From Octopus bimaculoides (Eukaryota): a stretch of DNA of 46,195 nucleotides. The translations under genes and the position numbers were made by a program. Positions 10,501-22,846 of this stretch are shown piece by piece (the stretch's first letter is position 1; every line of letters starts with the position of its first letter). The notes under the pieces are model-generated. The model was not told the origin of the DNA, ran no database searches, and worked only from the letters and a program-made list of their open reading frames with translations. The DNA is taken from contig NC_068984.1 of NCBI RefSeq assembly GCF_001194135.2, positions 145,768,247 to 145,814,441 of the forward strand, read 5' to 3'.

Positions 10501-11277
10501 TAGACTTAATCGGTCGTTAGGTTTAATACCACCACTTACCATCTTGGATGATTCTTACAGAATCCACTCTTTTACAAGAACGATATCCAGGTTAAGGTTT
10601 CGTTCCTCCTTCTCTCCCGGTTCCTACCCACCTGTTTCAGAACAAGGACGATGCCCTTTTTTCCTGACGGAAAGATAAACAAAGAAAAAAAACGCCCATC
10701 GCCAAAATTCTATCCACCACCACCACCACCACCACAAACATCATCGTCAGCATCCCCACCATAACCATTACTGTCATCATCACCACTAGCCCCCACCACC
10801 ACCATCATCATCACCACCATCATCATCATCATCATCATCATCACCAGCAGCAGCTAACTCGTCAGTTTCTCTGTAGCTGAAGTCCATACAAATACTTCAG
10901 GATGACTAATACGAAAAGATGGACCAGCCTCAATCTTTCGACGTTTTTGCAGACTTATACCTCCACCNNNNNNNNNNNNNNNNNNNNNNNNNNNNNNNNN
11001 NNNNNNNNNNNNNNNNNNNNNNNNNNNNNNNNNNNNNNNNNNNNNNNNNNNNNNNNNNNNNNNNNNNNNNNNNNNNNNNNNNNNNNNNNNNNNNNNNNNN
11101 NNNNNNNNNNNNNNNNNNNNNNNNNNNNNNNNNNNNNNNNNNNNNNNNNNNNNNNNNNNNNNNNNNNNNNNCTCTCTCTCTCTCTCTCTCACCTGGAAAC
11201 TTCCCAAAATACTTGTGAAAACATGAAATGAAAGTATCACCTTAGCTTTCAGCTAGAGGTCACGGTGCCATCAGTGC

Positions 11278-11279
<2 letters not shown>

Positions 11280-11369
<90 letters not shown>

Positions 11370-11892
11370 GAGTGTGTGTGTGTGTGTATGAGAGAGACGG
11401 GAAGAGAGGGAAAGTGAGAGAGAAAGAGAGTGGAAGTGTGTATTAAAGTGTACTTTTCTGTATGTGTCTGTGTGTGTGCGTGTGTGTGTGAAAGAGAATA
11501 AATGTGTGTATGCATGTGTTTGTGATGGAGAGTATGTGTGTTTAGGAGAGTACAGCAGAATGCATGTGAGTACATGTGAGTACATGTGAGTTCATGTGAG
11601 TTCATGTGAGTACGCAGCTCAAAGATTCTCTATATGCGCATGCGTGTTTGTTTGAGAGGGGGGACATGCGTATGTCAAAGGGTTTATATGTGTGTGTATC
11701 TGTGAGATTATTTGTATGCGTTTTGCGTGTGCATATGAGAGAGAGAAAGGTGTGTGTGTGCATGAGTGAGTGTGTGTATTGTATGTATGCGTGTGTGTGT
11801 GTGTATGTGTGTTGTGTCAGCAAGTTATTAAGTGTGAGTGTGTATGTACGTCAGAGATTATGTCGGAGTGCGGCGGCGGTGGCGGTGGTGGT
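11280..11892. repeat. Compound (GA)n/(TG)n low-complexity block including a 10-bp tandem repeat CATGTGAGT(A/T) x5 at 11563-11612
   Basis: Seen directly. Confidence 0.9.
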
Positions 11893-13198
11893 NNNNNNNN
11901 NNNNNNNNNNNNNNNNNNNNNNNNNNNNNNNNNNNNNNNNNNNNNNNNNNNNNNNNNNNNNNNNNNNNNNNNNNNNNNNNNNNNNNNNNNNNNNNNNNNN
12001 NNNNNNNNNNNNNNNNNNNNNNNNNNNNNNNNNNNNNNNNNNNNNNNNNNNNNNNNNNNNNNNNNNNNNNNNNNNNNNNNNNNNNNNNNNNNNNNNNNNN
12101 NNNNNNNNNNNNNNNNNNNNNNNNNNNNNNNNNNNNNNNNNNNNNNNNNNNNNNNNNNNNNNNNNNNNNNNNNNNNNNNNNNNNNNNNNNNNNNNNNNNN
12201 NNNNNNNNNNNNNNNNNNNNNNNNNNNNNNNNNNNNNNNNNNNNNNNNNNNNNNNNNNNNNNNNNNNNNNNNNNNNNNNNNNNNNNNNNNNNNNNNNNNN
12301 NNNNNNNNNNNNNNNNNNNNNNNNNNNNNNNNNNNNNNNNNNNNNNNNNNNNNNNNNNNNNNNNNNNNNNNNNNNNNNNNNNNNNNNNNNNNNNNNNNNN
12401 NNNNNNNNNNNNNNNNNNNNNNNNNNNNNNNNNNNNNNNNNNNNNNNNNNNNNNNNNNNNNNNNNNNNNNNNNNNNNNNNNNNNNNNNNNNNNNNNNNNN
12501 NNNNNNNNNNNNNNNNNNNNNNNNNNNNNNNNNNNNNNNNNNNNNNNNNNNNNNNNNNNNNNNNNNNNNNNNNNNNNNNNNNNNNNNNNNNNNNNNNNNN
12601 NNNNNNNNNNNNNNNNNNNNNNNNNNNNNNNNNNNNNNNNNNNNNNNNNNNNNNNNNNNNNNNNNNNNNNNNNNNNNNNNNNNNNNNNNNNNNNNNNNNN
12701 NNNNNNNNNNNNNNNNNNNNNNNNNNNNNNNNNNNNNNNNNNNNNNNNNNNNNNNNNNNNNNNNNNNNNNNNNNNNNNNNGGGAAAGATATTCAATCAAC
12801 TCTGCTATGCTCCAAGCTTCGGTTTTATTATCCAACTTCTTCCTTCGATAAAAAAACGACTTTTACATGCCGTCCCCTCCAAAAATGCCCAACAAGGGTC
12901 AACAGACAGCCTGGACACCTCACAGCAAGCCAACTCTGACTCCATAAGAGAGACCTCGAAACGTAGCCTTGAATGGAAACAGTGTTGTTGCCCTCAACAA
13001 CTCAAAGACACAATCGCCACATGTGGCAAGAAAACGTTATCACTTATGTAAACGCGTGAGTGCGCGCGCGCGCGGGTAATCAAGTTATTACGCATGTCAG
13101 GAAGTGCATGTATGTCAGAGTGTATGTTAGTGTGTGTGGTTGGGTGTAAATGGTGTGTGCGAGTGTGGATGTGTATGTGTGTTGAATGTAGATGTGTT

Positions 13199-13235
<37 letters not shown>

Positions 13236-13844
13236 GCATGTGCATGGGTGTGTGTGTGTGTGTTTGTTTGTGTGTGTGTGTGTGTGTGTGTGTGCATGTG
13301 CATGGGTGTGTGTGTNNNNNNNNNNNNNNNNNNNNNNNNNNNNNNNNNNNNNNNNNNNNNNNNNNNNNNNNNNNNNNNNNNNNNNNNNNNNNNNNNNNNN
13401 NNNNNNNNNNNNNNNNNNNNNNNNNNNNNNNNNNNNNNNNNNNNNNNNNNNNNNNNNNNNNNNNNNNNNNNNNNNNNNNNNNNNNNNNNNNNNNNNNNNN
13501 NNNNNNNNNNNNNNNNNNNNNNNNNNNNNNNNNNNNNNNNNNNNNNNNNNNNNNNNNNNNNNNNNNNNNNNNNNNNNNNNNNNNNNNNNNNNNNNNNNNN
13601 NNNNNNNNNNNNNNNNNNNNNNNNNNNNNNNNNNNNNNNNNNNNNNNNNNNNNNNNNNNNNNNNNNNNNNNNNNNNNNNNNNNNNNNNNNNNNNNNNNNN
13701 NNNNNNNNNNNNNNNNNNNNNNNNNNNNNNNNNNNNNNNNNNNNNNNNNNNNNNNNNNNNNNNNNNNNNNNNTTTTGTCCGGCTTGCTGACGTTTCTGCC
13801 AACTCACCGCCTTAAACGCAGGCACCTTTTTCTTTTGTTTTTTA

Positions 13845-13878
13845 TCTTTTACTTGTTCCAGTCATTAGACTGCGGCCA

Positions 13879-13917
<39 letters not shown>

Positions 13918-14070
13918 GATGGGTTTCTTTCAGTTTCCGTCTACCAAATCCACTCACAAGGCTTTGGTCGGCCTGAAGATATAGCAGAAGACATTTGACC
14001 AAGGTGCCATGTAGTGGGACTGAACCCGGAACTCTGTGATTGGGAAGCAAGCTACTTACCACACAGCCAT
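13845..14070 (-). mobile_element. SINE family B, internally deleted, with (TA)n; family A head fragment adjacent at 13773-13822
   Basis: Tail, CORE-like domain and tRNA head all recognisable in reverse complement. Confidence 0.82.
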
Positions 14071-14499
14071 TAATGATATTTGTACATCAACCGAATCAGA
14101 AAAGTCCTTTAATGGAATGGTAATGTCTCAAATCATTCCAAAAACGTTTCTGCGTTCGTTTGTTTTGGTGCTGAAGTTTATTAGGAGGACGTTCAAGGCG
14201 TTTTCATTGCCCCATCCCACATTAAAAAAAAACAATTTAAGGGGTGCGCTTGTATCTGTTGTTCCCTTGTAATATGCTTGGGCAAATTTCTTCTATAGCT
14301 CTGGGCCAACCAATGCCCTGTGATGAAATTTGGTAAGAGTACCGGCTGGACTCCTCATCTTTGCGATCCCACCTGTGCTCAAAGTTGTGCTGAATCAGGA
14401 CTGGCCTGGGGTTAAACAACAACAGAAAACTTTAGTAAAAAGTTGTAAGACTATACATCCATAACAGAAAAAAGCTAGTTTCAACGAAAATACTATTGT

Positions 14500-14550
<51 letters not shown>

Positions 14551-14958
14551 GTAATTCAGATCTTTACCTGACAGCAGGTTTTAGTGTTGTCTGTCTGTCT
14601 GCCTGTCTGTGCGTCTGAAATGATTCATAGTTCAGGTNNNNNNNNNNNNNNNNNNNNNNNNNNNNNNNNNNNNNNNNNNNNNNNNNNNNNNNNNNNNNNN
14701 NNNNNNNNNNNNNNNNNNNNNNNNNNNNNNNNNNNNNNNNNNNNNNNNNNNNNNNNNNNNNNNNNNNNNNNNNNNNNNNNNNNNNNNNNNNNNNNNNNNN
14801 NNNNNNNNNNNNNNNNNNNNNNNNNNNNNNNNNNNNNNNNNNNNNNNNNNNNNNNNNNNNNNNNNNNNNNNNNNNNNNNNNNNNNNNNNNNNNNNNNNNN
14901 NNNNNNNNNNNNNNNNNNNNNNNNNNNNNNNNNNNNNNNNNNNNNNNNNNNNNNNNNN

Positions 14959-15015
<57 letters not shown>

Positions 15016-15228
15016 TCTCTCCCCCTCACTCTACCTGTCTATCTATCTACCTATCTATCTCCCTCTACATTCATCAACATACTTCACCTACCTGCTATGC
15101 AAGCTTTGCAAAAGCAGGCCTGCGTTTCCCTTCCAGCAAAGTAATACCACCACCACCACCACCACCACCAATCTTCTTTCCACCTCGTCTCTTTCTCTCT
15201 TTCACTCTCGCTTGCCCCCTGTACCTCT

Positions 15229-15266
<38 letters not shown>

Positions 15267-15723
15267 CCTCGCCTTCATATTTTTTTTTACTTCACAGAAG
15301 GTGCTCCTCTTTACCTATATATACAAACACACACACACACATGAACATACATACATATACACATTCATGTGCGCACACATACGAACACTCGCAACAGATA
15401 TACATACACACGCGCACAGAAGTACATAAACGCACACACACACACACTTTCACAAGCCCATTGATACACATACACACGCACAAATGCACACATACACGCA
15501 TGCACACACATTTTCATAAACACATTGTCTATTTCATGCAAGCAAAATAAAACTGAATATGGATCTCCGTCGCTTTCGACGACGAGTACTTGAGTTGTTC
15601 GATCAACATGTGTACTCTTAGTGTAATTCTCAGCATAACAAAATATCTGACAAGGCTGGTGGACCCTGGGATTACATGGACAATCCTCTCCCTAAAAAAT
15701 TTCATTCACAAAGCCTATAATAA

Positions 15724-15886
15724 TCCTTTCAAACATAGGCACATAAAAAAAAGTCTGGAATTCGTGGTGAATGGGGTGGGGACTAGTCGATTACATTGAC
15801 CTCAGTGCGTAACTGGTACTTATTTGATCGACCCCCGAAAGGACAAAGGTAAAGTCAACCTCGGCGGAATTTGAACTTAGAACGTA
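15724..15886 (-). mobile_element. SINE family A, 3' part
   Basis: TCGACCCCCGAAAGGA.AAAGGTAAAGTCAACCTCGGCGGAATTTGAAC. Confidence 0.82.
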
Positions 15887-16111
15887 TTAGAGAGAGAGAG
15901 AGATACGGAGAGAGAGATACAGAGAGAGAGACACAGAGAGAGAGATACAGAGAGAGAGAGAGATACAGAGAGAGAGAGAGAGAGAGATACAGAGAGAGAG
16001 AGAGATANNNNNNNNNNGGCGGAATTTGAACTTAGAACGTATTAGAGAGAGAGAGAGATACAGAGAGAGAGATACAGAGAGAGAGATACAGAGAGAGAGA
16101 GATACAGAGAG

Positions 16112-16143
<32 letters not shown>

Positions 16144-16233
16144 AGAGAGAGAGAGATACAGAAAAAGAGATACAGAGAGAGAGAGATACAGAGAGAGAGA
16201 CAGAAAGATACAGAGAGAGAGAGAGAGAGAGCT

Positions 16234-16264
<31 letters not shown>

Positions 16265-16330
16265 CGTGGGCAGACTGTGAGTGAGAGAGAGAGAGAGAGG
16301 GGAGGAGAGAGACAGACAGACAGACAGACG
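15887..16330. repeat. (GA)n-TACA compound minisatellite and (GACA)n
   Basis: Repeated GAGAGAGAGATACA units; seen directly. Confidence 0.92.
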
Positions 16331-16349
16331 CACGTGGGAAGACTGTGTG

Positions 16350-16550
16350 AGCATGTCGGGCAAAATGCTTAACGGCATTTCGTCCAACTTCATGTTATGA
16401 GTTCAAATTTCGCCGAGGTCGACTTTGCCTTTCTTCCTTTCGGGGTCAATAAAATAAGTACCCATTGAAGACCGGTATCGATGTAATCGACGTGCCATCC
16501 CTGCCCTCCCACCAAAATCTTGTTGGCCTTAAGTCACAATTTCAAACCAA
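16350..16550 (+). mobile_element. SINE family A
   Basis: GAGTTCAAATTTCGCCGAGGTCGACTTTGCCTTTC..GGGGTCAATAAAATAAGTACC. Confidence 0.85.
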
Positions 16551-17242
16551 TACATAAATTAATCACGTTACATTTGTCTGTTGCCTTTCTCTGCGGGACT
16601 GATGTCTATTTTTTCTTTTCTTTTTTTTTCACACATTTCCCCTTCGGGGTTGACTCCGTTGTTGAGTCTTGAACCTTGACCTTGTAAGTGTTTCGTCATT
16701 TCCTACCTCGGTCCCTCTCGGTTTTGCGTTTCTCTCTGATTTTTATAGATTTTTATTGATTTAATTTATTGTCACTCTTTCTATTATTAGTACAGAAGAT
16801 CTCCTCCTCCTTCTCACCAGGATTAATTATCGCTGCTATAAATAAAAGCCCATTAACTGCCTCCCAGTCTTTATGGCTGTCGTAATTCCCTGTTGAGTAG
16901 ATGTCTTTTTTACCGCCGAAAAAATGTGTAGGAAGAATTGATATGCTAGAGTTAAGCGGTATTCCGTAACGTCAACGTTAATGAACTAGGTTCGATTCCT
17001 GGACAAGATTCATGATGTTCTGCTGGATTAAAGGTGCTGACGACTACATAGGCACCTGAAAAATCTAGGGAGAATTCACAAAAAAACAAAAGGCGAAGAC
17101 AGGGGCTGTAGACAACAAACAGATGTATTAGTTTAACGTTCGGGAAGTGAAAAAATCTTTAATGTTTCGAGCTTACGCTCTTCTACAGAAAGGAACAAAG
17201 AAAGAAACAAGGAGAGAAAATAAAGAATGTGAGAATAGTCCA

Positions 17243-17295
<53 letters not shown>

Positions 17296-17454
17296 AATTA
17301 TGAGGGTTTAGTTCACAGGTGATCTAAATGATTAGGTACGCTAGGTAAATGCTGTAACAGATTACTAGGGCTCCAAGGTTATAGCCGAGACGGTAGCTAT
17401 GGGGCCATTGCAGATTTCCGATGCAGTGGATATATAATCGTTAAAGAGAGCAAC

Positions 17455-17779
17455 AAACGTTAAGGCAAGGCAAACATCCCAAGTCATATATAATATTATT
17501 ACAGGAAGAAATTAAAAATCTTACAGCTGTTTCTGGGATATCCCCGAGTATAGGATATTCCATCATCAAAGACAAATAGGGGTGAAATTTTACTCCCTTC
17601 CTCTGTGTTGTCATCTTATTAACATATATTATTCTCATTTTCAATATTTTTCCCCCATTTGTCTCTGATGACAGATTATCCCATATTCGGGGATATCACA
17701 GAAACAGCTGTAAGATTTTTAATTTCTTCCTATAATAATATTGTATACAACTTGAGATGTTTGCCTTGCCCTAATGCTT
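17455..17779. mobile_element. Foldback element: about 133-bp inverted arms (17455-17588 / 17647-17779), each with a minimal hammerhead motif; Penelope-like inverted terminal repeats
   Basis: Plus arm: gtct CTGATGA (17665) helix II GAAA CAGCTG TA agat (to 17716). The minus arm has the mirror motif with a TTGATGA core. Confidence 0.72.
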
Positions 17780-18234
17780 GACGTCCTGTTTAACAATTAT
17801 ATATATAACGGTTAAGTAATATATTCACACATAACAAAGTAATATTAATGGGTATATACCATAAGTGGCTCTAGCAGGCGTAATTTCATTTATAAATACA
17901 TTTAACGAACGACATCTCTCAGCATTTAAAACCCGCCCCCGTGAGAAAGAATTACTATTAATATAAAATAATGGGAATAAATTGAATAACAAAAATAAAA
18001 AATACCGATAGACAAAAATAAAGAAAGAAAAAGGAATTGATTCTGGAAACGATAACAAAAGACTCACAATCATACAATTGAAGAAGTCACAATGCAAAAG
18101 AGCTGCAGGTGAAAACACGATAGAATTACTTCGTATATTAAACAGACATGGATAAAGTTGAATGTAAGAGAAAAGTGAAACAAATAGAAGTAAACGAAGA
18201 GAGGAAATGTGAGCATGTGTGTGTGTGAGAGAGA

Positions 18235-18265
<31 letters not shown>

Positions 18266-18689
18266 GAAGAAAGAAAGAATGCACACCGCCACCACTAAAC
18301 TATGATTATAAGATAAAACTTGCCAATAACTGACTTACAACGGATGGAGTTAGATTGGACAAGCGACGAGGTGACAGAAGGGCGACAAAACGTTTTGGTA
18401 CTTCAGTGTTTCGTTGCCGATAAAAGAAAGTCCCAACCCACAGCGGTGAACTGGTGAAATCGTGGGACATGTTTCGGTACTTTGCTTCGGTCTGAGTGAT
18501 GGGCTTATTCCATATCCTTGTTTAACACAAGCATCTGGCCTGTGGTGACCTTTGACCGAGTCCACTCTGTTGCTAGTTTTGGGAGTAGATTTCCGGTTTC
18601 AAGGTTACTTTGCTTCCATCAACGCCAGGGGCTTTGCGAAGAGTCATGGGCACTCTCCTTCCCCCTGACTACGTGATCAGATATGTCTG

Positions 18690-19030
18690 TGCTGTTCGTG
18701 CGGTTAAGAAGTTCTCCCTGTAACTCCGCTGGTTTGGGTTCAGTCCCGCTGCGTGACACCTTTGGCAAGTATCTTCAGTAAAGCTACGGACTGAATAATA
18801 CCTCGTGAGTTTAATAGACGGAAAGCATGTAGAGGTTTATCGTATATATATATATATATACGTGTGTGTATGTATGTGCCTGTGTGTATGTATGCATATA
18901 TGTGTGTGCATATGTATGTGCGTGCGTGTGTGTGTGCGTGTGTGTAAGGCTTTGTTTTTGTCTCCTCTCCACCGCTTGACAACAGGTGTTGGTTTGTTTA
19001 CGTCCCTGTAACTTGGTGCTTCGGCAAAAG
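18690..19030 (+). mobile_element. SINE family B, 3'-truncated, with internal (TA)/(TG) microsatellite
   Basis: Head GTGCGGTTAAGAAG..GGTTCAGTCCCGCTGCGTGACACC, followed by CTTGACAACAGGTGTTGG. Confidence 0.8.
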
Positions 19031-19565
19031 TGACTGGTAGAAGTAGCTGAAGTCCACTCTGCGTTCTCCCTCGCCACTCGTCCCGAACAATCGAGCAAAA
19101 TGCTGTTGAAAGGACTCACACATTTTACTCGACTCGAGTAATTTGCGCCCCTGTTCATCTACCAGAGACCGAATGGTGGCTTTGTTGCCCTGTTGCGCCT
19201 CAGCCACCCGGGTCTCTCGCGCGGCTATAACACCTTCGTTCCTTAGAGCACGCATTCTAGCCCTGACAACGCACCCTTCGTTTTTGGCGTTGATGGTCAA
19301 GGGCCAACGTCGCCGCCAAAACGTCGGATGCGATACCACTTCTAATCGCCTCTTCTAGCTTCTTAACTAGGTCACCCACTACTCTGTTTCTATCTATCGC
19401 TAGTGCTTTGCTATACCTAATCGCTTCTGCTTTTATTGCTCTCTTGAGGGCAAACCACCATTAGCTGTTGTTGATGGCTCCCGTCAAAGCCCTCTTTACT
19501 AGCGTGCTAATCCGGTCTCTGAAGACCTGTCTCGACAGGAAAGACGCGTTTAGTTTCCAGTAACC
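19030..19565 (-). mobile_element. Tx1/L1-clade LINE ORF2 fragment (linker between APE endonuclease and RT)
   Basis: Minus strand: YWKLNASFLS..WWFALKRAIKAEAIRYSK, then EGCVVRARMRALRNEG..TIRSLVDEQGRKLLESSKMCESFQQHFARLF. Runs into a gap. Confidence 0.8.
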
Positions 19566-20152
19566 NNNNNNNNNNNNNNNNNNNNNNNNNNNNNNNNNNN
19601 NNNNNNNNNNNNNNNNNNNNNNNNNNNNNNNNNNNNNNNNNNNNNNNNNNNNNNNNNNNNNNNNNNNNNNNNNNNNNNNNNNNNNNNNNNNNNNNNNNNN
19701 NNNNNNNNNNNNNNNNNNNNNNNNNNNNNNNNNNNNNNNNNNNNNNNNNNNNNNNNNNNNNNNNNNNNNNNNNNNNNNNNNNNNNNNNNNNNNNNNNNNN
19801 NNNNNNNNNNNNNNNNNNNNNNNNNNNNNNNNNNNNNNNNNNNNNNNNNNNNNNNNNNNNNNNNNNNNNNNNNNNNNNNNNNNNNNNNNNNNNNNNNNNN
19901 NNNNNNNNNNNNNNNNNNNNNNNNNNNNNNNNNNNNNNNNNNNNNNNNNNNNNNNNNNNNNNNNNNNNNNNNNNNNNNNNNNNNNNNNNNNNNNNNNNNN
20001 NNNNNNNNNNNNNNNNNNNNNNNNNNNNNNNNNNNNNNNNNNNNNNNNNNNNNNNNNNNNNNNNNNNNNNNNNNNNNNNNNNNNNNNNNNNNNNNNNNNN
20101 NNNNNNNNNNNNNNNNNNNNNNNNNNNNNNNNNNNNNNNNNNNNNNNNNNNN

Positions 20153-20257
<105 letters not shown>

Positions 20258-20407
20258 GAATTGTTTGCGTTGTTTGCCTACATGCCTTCTTTTTCTTCTC
20301 ATGGTAAAGATCGAAACGGAAACCAATAATTGTTGAAATGAAAAATTAATTCGCACCGCATCATAAATACAAGTACATTAATCTCCATTTCTGTATCATG
20401 CGCTACA

Positions 20408-20470
20408 CACCGTATTTGATGGCATAAAGGACGCACCGGTGTATCAAATGCACCCCAATTTCAGCAGCGA
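20408..20470 (+). mobile_element. Probable DNA-transposon MITE end (CCGTATTT..GACGCACC type)
   Basis: CACCGTATTTGATGGCATAAAGGACGCACCGGTGTATCAAATGCACCCC resembles a common non-autonomous transposon terminus; no partner end seen. Confidence 0.35.
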
Positions 20471-21341
20471 ACATTGAGGAAGAAAGACTTTTAGCGTATT
20501 AAAGGATTTATTATAGGCGTAACTTAGTAAATAGGACCCGCGATGATGTTTTGAGAGTGCATATTATATACGTCAAGTATGTTATTTTAAAATGGTTTTA
20601 ATATTATTCATCAACCATGATATGTTAATTACGCGTACACATTCTTACACAGATACACGCACGCACGCACACACACACACACACATACANNNNNNNNNNN
20701 NNNNNNNNNNNNNNNNNNNNNNNNNNNNNNNNNNNNNNNNNNNNNNNNNNNNNNNNNNNNNNNNNNNNNNNNNNNNNNNNNNNNNNNNNNNNNNNNNNNN
20801 NNNNNNNNNNNNNNNNNNNNNNNNNNNNNNNNNNNNNNNNNNNNNNNNNNNNNNNNNNNNNNNNNNNNNNNNNNNNNNNNNNNNNNNNNNNNNNNNNNNN
20901 NNNNNNNNNNNNNNNNNNNNNNNNNNNNNNNNNNNNNNNNNNNNNNNNNNNNNNNNNNNNNNNNNNNNNNNNNNNNNNNNNNNNNNNNNNNNNNNNNNNN
21001 NNNNNNNNNNNNNNNNNNNNNNNNNNNNNNNNNNNNNNNNNNNNNNNNNNNNNNNNNNNNNNNNNNNNNNNNNNNNNNNNNNNNNNNNNNNNNNNNNNNN
21101 NNNNNNNNNNNNNNNNNNNNNNNNNNNNNNNNNNNNNNNNNNNNNNNNNNNNNNNNNNNNNNNNNNNNNNNNNNNNNNNNNNNNNNNNNNNNNNNNNNNN
21201 NNNNNNNNNNNNNNNNNNNNNNNNNNNNNNNNNNNNNNNNNNNNNNNNNNNNNNNNNNNNNNNNNNNNNNNNNNNNNNNNNNNNNNNNNNNNNNNNNNNN
21301 NNNNNNNNNNNNNNNNNNNNNNNNNNNNNNNNNNNNNNNNN

Positions 21342-21580
21342 ACACACATATATGTATACGTGCGTATATATATATACGCACATATACGTATATGTATGTG
21401 CACTTGTATGTATGTATACATGTATGCATGTATGCATGCATGTATGCATGCATGTATGTATGTATGTATGTATTATGTATGTATGTACGTATGTATATAT
21501 GTATGTATCTATGTATGCATGTATATATGTATGTATGTGTGTATATGTGTGTATATGTGTGTATGTGTGTATATGTGCCT
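21342..21580. repeat. Compound (TA)/(TATG)/(TG) microsatellite
   Basis: Seen directly. Confidence 0.92.
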
Positions 21581-22244
21581 GTGTCTAAAGAGACGTCTTT
21601 CATTGGTGCCCGAGACCATTACGTCATCACTCCCTCTGGCCACGCCTCTTGCCCTGCACACTCTGCACTCCATGGTCGAGCATATTTGCCATCTGCTGCA
21701 ACCTGATCGTCTGCCAAGTTTTTGCCGGTTGTCACCTCAGCATTTTTTGCTTTTCTTTTTGCATTTCATTTTTCGATACTTTTTAAAGCAGAATTCCTCA
21801 TTTAGATAATGTCCATTTCCAGCACTAAATGATCTAAATTTGATTATATTCATCAATTAAAATTTCCTGGTTCACTACATCAAATATGCCGAAGTTCGCA
21901 GTTCTACCCTCCATTAACCAATTTCTCTTTTTTCGCACCTTGACTGATGGATAGTCGTGGCACCAAGACATAACATCTTCAGTACATTACTTGTTTCCGT
22001 TCTCTTCACTTCAAACATCACATCGCCACCAACCTACTTCCTTCTCCGCCTCCACCACCACCAACAACAACAATACACCACCCTAGCACCACCCTCCATG
22101 CAATCTCTCTCACTATTTCTTCAGCCGCCAAAATACAACGCTACAAAATCCACTGACGTTGGTAAAAATCTCTCACCTGATTTCTCTGTAATTCCTTCTA
22201 GAATTAATTCCGGTGTTACCTTCTGTCTATTATCTTCTACTTAC

Positions 22245-22425
22245 TTCGGTCGTTGCACCGTGGCCATGCTGGGACATCGCCTTGAATGGTTTAGTCAAAC
22301 AAATCAATGCCAGTACTTATGGGATGATGCTTTTAACGTTTAGTACTTATTCAACTGATCTCTTAAGTCGAACTTCGAAGTTAGGGAACGGAAAAAAGCC
22401 AACACCGGTTGTCAAGAAGTGGAGG
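22245..22425 (-). mobile_element. SINE family B, 3' half
   Basis: GTGGCCATGCTGGGACATCGCCTTGAA..ACACCGGTTGTCAAG. Confidence 0.8.
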
Positions 22426-22846
22426 CGAGTGATAAACATAGAAACTTAGATACACACATTGACACATATGCGCGCACGCACGTACAAGTAGATGTTAATG
22501 TTCATTTTTAAGTCGAAGCACAATAAACAGCAAATTTACAATTAAACTATGATAACTCATTACATTCTGTAGAGTAAAGAAGTATTATACTCTTACAAGA
22601 CGAGTGATGAATGCTAATATGCTAAAACTTGGAAGTTACTGTCGTCACTCTTCTTGTAAAAGTTATATATATATATATATAAAAGTTATTAAGTATCGGG
22701 TATGTACCTGGTAGTTGGCCGGTGAAGCACGTTCATAGCCTATAGCTACCTGACGCCTTCCGTGGTATTTTTTACAATTGACGCTGTATCTACCTCATGA
22801 ATTCCTCAACGTACGTTCAGCATATCACAAATGATAGAGACGGAAC

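Noticed and set aside
14281-14340. Apparent 34-nt exon with a TTG|GTAAGA donor
   Set aside because: The sequence is a diverged SINE B CORE segment.
15864-16060. Direct duplication GGCGGAATTTGAACTTAGAACGTATTAGAGAG on both sides of a 10-N gap
   Set aside because: Looks like an unmerged contig or haplotype overlap across a placeholder gap.
18350-18680. Minus-strand KAPGVDG and VKQGYGISPSL resembling RT motifs (group II intron or LINE)
   Set aside because: They are only about 30 codons apart and separated by a stop, whereas real RT motifs are far more widely spaced; no catalytic YxDD. Left unidentified.
18998-19339. 113-aa ORF as a host gene
   Set aside because: It is a Tx1/L1 ORF2 linker fragment.
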